In this document: positions 57,268-64,000 of the stretch, piece by piece
Layout of the letters: each line of letters opens with the position of its first letter
How positions within the stretch are numbered: the first letter of the stretch is position 1
Source: Chthoniobacteraceae bacterium
GTDB taxonomy: Bacteria; Verrucomicrobiota; Verrucomicrobiia; Chthoniobacterales; Chthoniobacteraceae
DNA length: 64,000 bases
Direction of reading: 5' to 3'
Assembly: GCA_031409655.1 (NCBI GenBank)
Contig: JANNXQ010000012.1
Location: 43,509 to 107,508, forward strand
Notes under the pieces: model-generated
Told to the model about the DNA's origin: nothing
What the model saw: only the letters and a program-made list of their open reading frames with translations
Databases searched by the model: none
Translations under genes and position numbers: made by a program

Positions 57268-59307
57268 TTACTTTACCTGTGCGTCCAGCCACGGCGCCAC
57301 TTTCTCCACCCAGCGCGCGGCGTGTTCGCGCAGGCCGGAGCCGCTGAAGTGAACGCCCTGGCCGCCGTTCTCGCGGAGGTCGCCTTTCAGCGCGTCACTG
57401 TCGGGGCCTTCGAGGGCGATGCCATCCCTCCACAGCGATGCCTGCGCGGCGCGGATGTCCGGCGACGCTTCATCGCCGGGCACGTGATAGCTCACCTGCG
57501 CCACGAACCACGGCGCCTCCCAGCCGATCGCCCGTCGCGACTCCCGGATGACCTTCTCCAGATACTCGCGGTAAAGATTCCCCGGCAGCGTGCGCGTCGG
57601 GTCTTTCTGGTTCGCATCGCTTTCACCCTGATGCCACAGCACGGCGCGAAAGCCGCGGGGACCGATCTGCTGCATACGGGCGACGAAGTTCGTGAAGGCG
57701 TCCCCGTTGCTCTCCCATTCGCCGCTCGGGAGCTGCTGCACGCGTCTCTCGACGGTCGGCGGATTTGGAAAACGTGAGCCCTTCGGCAGCCACTCGCGCA
57801 CGCTCGACCCGCCGATGCCGCACGCGATGAAGCCGACGGGCACGCCGAAGCGCTGCGCAATGGCATCGCCGAATGGAGGCAGGAAACTCCCTCCGCGACC
57901 GCTCGCTCCCGGCTGTGGGTCGCGGCAGAGTTGCCAGGCTTTTCCGTCAACGGTGACGACGCGCTCCGTCTGCGTGCTCAGCTTTTCGGCACCGTGATTC
58001 GCGGAGTTCGACTGCCCGGCGACGACGAAGACTTCACCGACTCCCACATGCTCCACGGCGGCGTCGCCGAAGACCTTCCCATTCCTCGTCACCCGCACTT
58101 CCAACCGATACCAACCGCCCGCCGGCAACTCGAGTGTCGCCTGAAAGTTCGCGCCCTGGAACGCGGCCGCGAGGTTTCGCCACTCGCCCGCCTTTTCCTC
58201 CACGACGATCCGCGCCTCGATCACGCTCGCGCCCGCGTCGGCGCCGCCGATCTCACCGCTCACGGCGATGCTTCTGCCGCCGCCCGGCTGCCGCTGGATG
58301 ACCTGATACTCCGCCGGCGAGTGCAGCGTCACCGCCCTCCGAGGCGGGGGCGAAAGCAGCGCGAGCATCCCTTTGCCCAGCGCATCGCCGACGAGAAAAT
58401 ACGTCTCCGCATTGCCGAACTCGTGATGGCCGTGGCCGGGATTCGGCGACTCCCCCGGCTTGCGGACAAACTCGCGGGTCGGAACGAAGATCACATTCCC
58501 CGCAAACTCCGGTCGCGCCGCCGCCGCCGCCTGAGCCTGCCGCAACTTCGTCCACTCCGGCGGTGCGCTCACCCATGGTCCCGTCAGTTCGCCGATCACG
58601 ACCGGCAGCCTCGGCGCCGCGAACTCTCGGCGCACGTCGTGAATCAGATTCACGAGATTCTGCTCATACTCTGGCACCGCCGTCTTCGGATTCACGCCGT
58701 CGTTCCAGCCCTGATACCAGACGAAGCCAGCGAGTTCGTAGCCACAGCCGCGGGTCGCCGGAAATTCGTGCTCCATCTTCGCCAGCGCCTCGCGCACCTG
58801 CGCAATCATGAGCGTGTAATACTTCCCCACCTCCCCGCCCGAGGACGGTGGACGGAAGTCGCGGAACAAACTCTTCCCGCCCCACGCCGTCTTGATGAGC
58901 AGCACCTGATTCTCGAAATGATCTCCGACAACGTGACCGAACTGCAGCTCCGGCCCGAAGTGATGCGCATCGCCATACACCGAGAATCCCAGCGCCAGCG
59001 GCCCCGCGAGCAGCGGCCGATCCTCACGTTGATAGCGCACGAAGACATCCTCCCGCACCGTCCACTTCCCATCCGCGCCGCGCAGATGCTGGAAGATTGG
59101 TGCCTTCACCGGATCACGCATTAGAAGCGCGAGCGAGCCTTTGCCTTCGTTGTAGTCCTTGCCCTCCAAATCCACGACTGCCTGCCCCTCCATGTTGGAT
59201 TGGCCGGCGAGCACGAACACCTTTACGGGCATCCTGGCGGCCTTGAGGGCGGTGAACGGAAATAGCAGCGCCGCCGCGATGAACAGGAAGGTGAGTTTCA
59301 CAGGCAT
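57268..59307 (-). CDS. Secreted tandem sialate O-acetylesterase (SASA/CE6-like) protein
   Basis: Two AGQSN motifs, each followed by W.QG..D and a C-terminal His motif. Confidence 0.85.
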   Translation of the reverse strand: MPVKLTFLFIAAALLFPFTALKAARMPVKVFVLAGQSNMEGQAVVDLEGKDYNEGKGSLALLMRDPVKAPIFQHLRGADGKWTVREDVFVRYQREDRPLLAGPLALGFSVYGDAHHFGPELQFGHVVGDHFENQVLLIKTAWGGKSLFRDFRPPSSGGEVGKYYTLMIAQVREALAKMEHEFPATRGCGYELAGFVWYQGWNDGVNPKTAVPEYEQNLVNLIHDVRREFAAPRLPVVIGELTGPWVSAPPEWTKLRQAQAAAAARPEFAGNVIFVPTREFVRKPGESPNPGHGHHEFGNAETYFLVGDALGKGMLALLSPPPRRAVTLHSPAEYQVIQRQPGGGRSIAVSGEIGGADAGASVIEARIVVEEKAGEWRNLAAAFQGANFQATLELPAGGWYRLEVRVTRNGKVFGDAAVEHVGVGEVFVVAGQSNSANHGAEKLSTQTERVVTVDGKAWQLCRDPQPGASGRGGSFLPPFGDAIAQRFGVPVGFIACGIGGSSVREWLPKGSRFPNPPTVERRVQQLPSGEWESNGDAFTNFVARMQQIGPRGFRAVLWHQGESDANQKDPTRTLPGNLYREYLEKVIRESRRAIGWEAPWFVAQVSYHVPGDEASPDIRAAQASLWRDGIALEGPDSDALKGDLRENGGQGVHFSGSGLREHAARWVEKVAPWLDAQVK

Positions 59308-59504
59308 TTTCGTGTCGGAAGTTCAGGGACTTTACCAGCGCCGCGCCGAAGGTTCCCGCACCGTCACCGTGACCACCGCTTTCAGCACGGGCAACAAGGT
59401 CGCTTCGGTGGGTAAGAGCGCGACCGGGTGGGGCTGAATCACAGGATGCGGCAGATGCGCGGTGCAGTGGGTGCGGGCGAGGAGGGCGTTGATCGCGCGG
59501 CTGC

Positions 59505-61091
59505 CTACTTCACCTGGGACTTCTTCCCGCCGTTGCTGATGTATTCCTCGCGCGTGACGATGCCGTCCTTGTTCACGTCCATCTTCTCAAAGCGCGTCGC
59601 CGCGGCTTCGGCATCGGACTGATTTGTGGTGTAATATTCGCGCGTGAGCTTGCCGGTCCTGGCCTTGTCGAGCCGGTCAAACTTCGCGGCGCGCTCGGCG
59701 GCCGCTGCGTCCGCAGACTGGCTGGTGGCCGGTGAAGTGGATGGGGCTGGTTTGGTCTCCGGCTTCTCCGGCTCGTCGCTTTTCTTCTTCTTCTTATCCT
59801 TATTCGCGTGGCGGCCGGTGCCGTCGCCGCTGTCGGGGATGCCGCCGGCGGGATTCAGTTTCGCGAGCACGGCGGTGAGACGCGCGCGGGCGGCTTTGCT
59901 GGCCTCGGTGTCGGCGGAGGCGGCGACGAGCTTCTCGGTGAAGGGCGTGCCGCTCATGTCGTAGAGTTCGCACTTCTCGTTCAGCTTCCATCCGGCTTCG
60001 CGCACATACCACATGGCGGCGAGTTGGTTGTAGATCCATTCGCGCTTTTTGCCGGCTTCACCGCGGAGTTGTGGCGCGATGCTGTTTCCGTCGAACACGA
60101 CTTTCTCGGGCAACTTGCCACCGGTGAGTTCGGCGAAGGTGGGGAGCAGGTCACTCGCGTCGATGAGGTCGGTGGAGACTTTTCCCGCGGGTGTTTTGCC
60201 GGGCCAGTTGGCGATGAAGGGAACGAGACCGCCGCATTCGAGCATGGTGCCTTTCATGCCGGAGAGATTGCGACCGCCGATGGTGGAGAGCGGGTTCTGA
60301 CCTTTGCCGGTGCCGTTGTCGCCCATGAAGACGATGAGCGTGTTGTCGCGGATCTTGAGCGCTTCGAGTTCGGCGGTGAGTTTGCCGACGAGCTTGTCCA
60401 TGTAGAGGATGTTATCGCCGAAGAGATCCTTGCTGTCGGGCGCGCTGTCGGGCGTCGGCTGGATGTCGCCGTGGACGTGGACCATCGAGTAGTAGAGGAA
60501 GAAGGGCTTGGTCTGGTTCGCGCGCAGGAATGTCGTGATCCGGTCGTGCATCAGGTCGGGCATGTATTCCTTGTCGCCGAGTTTCAGTTCCTTGCCATTC
60601 ACGCGATAGGCCTCGGACTTGCCGGCCTTCTTGTTCCAGTAAACTCCGCTGCCATTGAAGCGCAGGTAGTCGTCGAAACCGGCGGCATCGGGATCGCCGG
60701 GGAGCTGGCCCCATTTCCCGATAAATGAAGTGGCGTAGCCGGCGGACTTGAACACGCGCCCCAACTGGAGTTCCGAGTTGGGCATGACCATGCACGCGTC
60801 CTGATTCGACGAGCCGTTCCGGAAGGCGTAGCGCCCCGTGATGATGAGCGCGCGCGACGGCCCGCACAGCGCCCCGGTGAAGGACTGCGTAAAGCGCGTG
60901 CCGGTGGCCGCGAGCTTGTCGATGTTCGGCGACTTGTAGTTGTCGGAGCCGTAGCAACTGAGGTTTCCGATGCCGAGATCGTCGGCGAGGATGAAGATGA
61001 TGTTGGGCTTCGCGGGCGTTGCGGCGACGGCCGCGGTGACTGCAGGACCGAATGCAGAAATCAGAAGCGCCAGGAGGATGCGTGTTGTCAT
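59505..61091 (-). CDS. Secreted formylglycine-dependent sulfatase with C-terminal EF-hand-like pair
   Basis: PNIIFILADDLG, CGPSR...TG, GKW, GDNG, KG; tail FDRLDKARTGKLTREYY and FEKMDVNKDGIVTREEY. Confidence 0.92.
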   Translation of the reverse strand: MTTRILLALLISAFGPAVTAAVAATPAKPNIIFILADDLGIGNLSCYGSDNYKSPNIDKLAATGTRFTQSFTGALCGPSRALIITGRYAFRNGSSNQDACMVMPNSELQLGRVFKSAGYATSFIGKWGQLPGDPDAAGFDDYLRFNGSGVYWNKKAGKSEAYRVNGKELKLGDKEYMPDLMHDRITTFLRANQTKPFFLYYSMVHVHGDIQPTPDSAPDSKDLFGDNILYMDKLVGKLTAELEALKIRDNTLIVFMGDNGTGKGQNPLSTIGGRNLSGMKGTMLECGGLVPFIANWPGKTPAGKVSTDLIDASDLLPTFAELTGGKLPEKVVFDGNSIAPQLRGEAGKKREWIYNQLAAMWYVREAGWKLNEKCELYDMSGTPFTEKLVAASADTEASKAARARLTAVLAKLNPAGGIPDSGDGTGRHANKDKKKKKSDEPEKPETKPAPSTSPATSQSADAAAAERAAKFDRLDKARTGKLTREYYTTNQSDAEAAATRFEKMDVNKDGIVTREEYISNGGKKSQVK

Positions 61092-61276
61092 GGTGGAGGG
61101 GGTTGAACGTGCGAGCTCGTGAGAAGCTGGAGCTTCGCATATTGCCTCATTCGGGTTCGATCGCCATTGGCCAAGTGGACAATGCGTCTCGAAGCGTCGA
61201 ACGACCCCTTCGACCCAAGTCCCCGCGAGTCCGGCACAATCGCACCCAGGGACTCCACCGGGCGCACTGGCAAAGT

Positions 61277-62173
61277 TCACATCCTTTCCGCGATCGCCGC
61301 CGCCAGCGCATCGGCCGCGGGCGGGGAAAAGCGGAAGAACAGCTCCGGCTCCACGAGTTCGAGTTCCATGAGCGACAGCGCGCCCGAATCATCGCGCACA
61401 GCATCCACGCGGGCATAGAGCGGCGCTTGCGGGCACGCCGCGACAGCGCTCTCCGCGAATGCGATTTCATCCGCCGCAGGCGTGTGCGGATGCACCGTGC
61501 CGCCGTGGTCGTTCTGCACCCGGAAGTCGCCCGCTTTCGCAATCTTCCGCACCGCATGCGTGCAGCATCCGCCGATGACGATGAGCGAAAGCTCGCCCTG
61601 CGTGAGCACGTTGCCGAGGAACGGCTGCAACATCATCGCCTCCTCGCGCAGCAGCTCGCGCAGCACCGCCTCATGCGCATCGAGATTCGCCGCGTTCAGC
61701 CGGTAGGTGTGCCGCGCCGCGCCCGACACCGCCGGTTTCAAAATCGCCTCGCTCCACCCGCAGGCCGCGAATGCCTCGCGCAGCGTCGTCGTTTCCCCGC
61801 GCTCGATGAACCGCGTCACCGGCACATTCACCCCGCGCCCCGCGAGGTCGCGCAGGTAGTGCTTGTCCACGTTCCAGCGCACCAGTTCCGGCGCATTGAA
61901 AAGCCGTGTCCCGCGTTCCACGCGATCCATCCACGCCGAAAACTCCGCGAACCGCTCGAAGTAATCCCACGTCGAGCGAAACACCGCCGCGCGGGTGCGG
62001 CTCCAGTCAAAGTCCGGATTCGACCACGCCACGCGCGCCGTGCGCAGCCCGCGCGCCTCCAGCCCGGCGAGCAGCAGCCGCTCTTCACCGAGCAACTGCG
62101 CAACATACCAGTTCGCTTCGTCCGGCTTCTCGTAACGAGCGTCAGTGAGGATGACGATGTCGGGGCTGTCCAT
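61277..62173 (-). CDS. ATP-grasp (RimK/glutathione synthetase-like) protein
   Basis: RSTWDY, WN.DK.YL..L, KPAVSGAA, GE.SL, HAVRK....GDFRVQ..HGG, YARVD, MELELVEP. Confidence 0.88.
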   Translation of the reverse strand: MDSPDIVILTDARYEKPDEANWYVAQLLGEERLLLAGLEARGLRTARVAWSNPDFDWSRTRAAVFRSTWDYFERFAEFSAWMDRVERGTRLFNAPELVRWNVDKHYLRDLAGRGVNVPVTRFIERGETTTLREAFAACGWSEAILKPAVSGAARHTYRLNAANLDAHEAVLRELLREEAMMLQPFLGNVLTQGELSLIVIGGCCTHAVRKIAKAGDFRVQNDHGGTVHPHTPAADEIAFAESAVAACPQAPLYARVDAVRDDSGALSLMELELVEPELFFRFSPPAADALAAAIAERM

Positions 62174-62227
62174 GCGCCGCGCACTCTCCGCAATCCGCGC
62201 GGACAGACAATTCCGCAGATGGAACAC

Positions 62228-62256
62228 TTGCAGTCTCGTCGGGGTTGTTATGTAAT
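62228..62256 (+). promoter_or_regulatory. Putative sigma70 promoter
   Basis: TTGCAG-N17-TGTAAT about 100 nt upstream of ATG 62361. Confidence 0.35.
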
Positions 62257-62360
62257 CTCCCCCCAGCCGGATCGGGATTTGCCGCCAAGGGGGCGGCGGC
62301 TTCTTTCCTCAGGCGGAACATTGCCTTTCCCGCGATACCGTAGCCCTCCCTCCCAGCACC

Positions 62361-64000
62361 ATGATCTCCTTCCTCCAGCACCTCTTCGATACGAGCGGCT
62401 TTCCAGCACGCTGGCACTGCGGGCAGTGGTCCGCCGGCCACGGGTGGCTGCACATCCTTTCGGACATCGCCATCTTCGGGGCGTATTCGGCCATTCCGCT
62501 GACGCTCGCGTTTTTCATCCGGCGGCGGCGGGATGTGCCGTTCCTGCCGATCTTCTGGCTCTTCGCGGCCTTCATCGTCGCGTGCGGGCTCAGCCATCTC
62601 ATCGAGGCGACGCTCTTCTGGCATCCGTGGTATCGCCTCTCGGGCTTGGTGAAGCTGGTCACGGCGGTGGTTTCGTGGGTCACGGTTTTCGCCCTGCTCA
62701 AGGTCCTCCCCAGCGCGCTCGCGCTGCCGGGCATTGCGAAAATCAACCAGCAGCTCAGTGCGGAAATCGCCGAGCGCAAGCAGGCGGCGGAAGCGTTGCG
62801 GAAGAGCGAGGAGTTCAACCGCACGGTGCTCCAGAGCAGCCCGGATTGTGTGATGGTCGTCGATCACGATGGCGTCCTCATTTCCCTGAACGAGTCGGGG
62901 CGCTGCCTGCTCGAACTCGACGACCCGGCGGCGGCGCTCGGGAAAAAATGGTGGGAGATTTGGCCGGAGGAGGCGCGGTCGCAAGTGCGCGGGGCCTTCG
63001 AGCGGGCGCGGGCGGGCGAAGTCGCGCGCTTTGAGCAATTCTGCCCGACGGCGCGGGGCACGCCGAAGTGGTGGGATGTGCAGGTCTCGCCGGTCCACGA
63101 TGGCGCCGGTGCGGTCGAGCGCGTAGTGGCCGTCTCGCGCGATGTCACGGAGCGCCGGGAGAACGACGAGGCATCCCGCAACCAAAAGCGCTTCCTCGAC
63201 CGGATCACGGCGGTGACGCCCGATGTCCTGTATGTGCTGGATATTACCGACTTTCATTTCAAGTGGGTGAGCCAGCAGGCGGCGAATCGGATGGGATATT
63301 CCGCGGAGGAAATCCTGGCGATGGGCGCGGACTTCATGCCTCGCGTCATGCACCCCGACGACCTCGCACGGATGCCGGCGCACTTCGCGGAACTCGCGCA
63401 GGCCGCGGACGGGCAGACGCTCGAGACCGAATATCGCCTGCGCCATCCCGATGGCAGTTGGCGCTGGTTCGGGGGCCGCAAGACGCCCTTTACCCGCGAC
63501 GCGGACGGACGGGTCCGGGAGATCATGGGCACCTCCGCGGACATCACCGAGCGCAAGCGGGCGGAGGAGGCCGTGGCGCGGCTGGCAGCCATCGTCGAAT
63601 CCTCCCACGACGCGATCTTTGGCGAGGATCTCGACGGGATCATCACCAGTTGGAATCCGGGAGCGGAACAAATCTTCGGCTACCGCGCGGAGGAGATCGT
63701 GGGCACCTCGATCATGCGGCTGATGCCCGCGGATCGGCAGGCAGCGGAGCACGAGATCCAGCGACAAATCGTCGCCGGGGAGCTGGGGGGAACTTTTGAA
63801 GCGATCCGGCTGACCAAGGAAGGGCGGGAGTTTCCCGCTTCGATCACCATCGCGCCGCTGAAAGATGCGGCCGGCAAAGTCATCGGCACATCCAGAGTTC
63901 TCCGCGACATCACCGAGCGCAAGCGCACCGAGGAGGCGCTGCGGGAAAATGCCGCGCTGTTTTCCACCCTCATCGCGCAGGCGCCGATGGGGACGTACGT
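62361..64000 (+). CDS. Multi-PAS sensor protein with N-terminal ETR1-type ethylene-binding-like membrane domain (3' truncated; missing from ORF track)
   Basis: Manual translation: MISFLQHLFDTSGFPARWHCG...SDIAIFGAYSAIPLTL...FAAFIVACGLSHLI...VKLVTAVVSWVT, then at least three PAS/PAC units (SRDVTER, ADITERK, RDITERK). Appears open to the window end. Confidence 0.88.
   Translation, partial: MISFLQHLFDTSGFPARWHCGQWSAGHGWLHILSDIAIFGAYSAIPLTLAFFIRRRRDVPFLPIFWLFAAFIVACGLSHLIEATLFWHPWYRLSGLVKLVTAVVSWVTVFALLKVLPSALALPGIAKINQQLSAEIAERKQAAEALRKSEEFNRTVLQSSPDCVMVVDHDGVLISLNESGRCLLELDDPAAALGKKWWEIWPEEARSQVRGAFERARAGEVARFEQFCPTARGTPKWWDVQVSPVHDGAGAVERVVAVSRDVTERRENDEASRNQKRFLDRITAVTPDVLYVLDITDFHFKWVSQQAANRMGYSAEEILAMGADFMPRVMHPDDLARMPAHFAELAQAADGQTLETEYRLRHPDGSWRWFGGRKTPFTRDADGRVREIMGTSADITERKRAEEAVARLAAIVESSHDAIFGEDLDGIITSWNPGAEQIFGYRAEEIVGTSIMRLMPADRQAAEHEIQRQIVAGELGGTFEAIRLTKEGREFPASITIAPLKDAAGKVIGTSRVLRDITERKRTEEALRENAALFSTLIAQAPMGTY

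Noticed and set aside
59330..59500. Possible gene remnant between the sulfatase and the esterase (minus strand ...LLPVLKAVVTVTVREPSARRW)
   Set aside because: Short, with no convincing start or recognisable homology.
61052..63034. 660-aa plus-strand ORF
   Set aside because: Arg/Pro-rich shadow of the ATP-grasp gene and an off-frame read of the sensor that starts at 62361.

Overview
GC-rich bacterial chromosomal window. The gene repertoire and style suggest Verrucomicrobiota, possibly Chthoniobacter-like (inference only). It holds about 55 CDS and one tRNA (Ile2, CAT). Housekeeping genes include topB, murA, prmC, apt, degP, a 2-oxoacid dehydrogenase E1a/E1b/E2 set, lptG-like, panE, PNP, trmD and a class A PBP. 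Accessory blocks are: (1) a minor-pilin cassette with a sigma54-type promoter (1.6-5.5 kb); (2) an ~11 kb SPINDLY/GT41-led glycosylation island (22.3-33.2 kb) with FkbM, Rieske oxygenase, ACP, an intact and a catalytically degenerate FabH, SDR, an acyltransferase and a DesI/VioA-like aminotransferase; (3) a secreted polysaccharide-degradation cluster with a GH2-alginate lyase fusion (53.5-61.1 kb); (4) an ethylene-receptor-like (ETR1-type) PAS sensor running off the right end, absent from the ORF track. Two observations stand out. First, a phage tail-fibre-tip-like gene plus a chaperone-like domain fused to the sugar acyltransferase sits inside the glycosylation operon. Second, a four-helix-bundle gene bracketed by inverted heptamer arrays sits inside an operon, with an internally deleted copy 3.3 kb away and three more heptamer arrays of other sequence, all abutting start codons. 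All protein calls rest on motif recognition by eye; no database searches were run.
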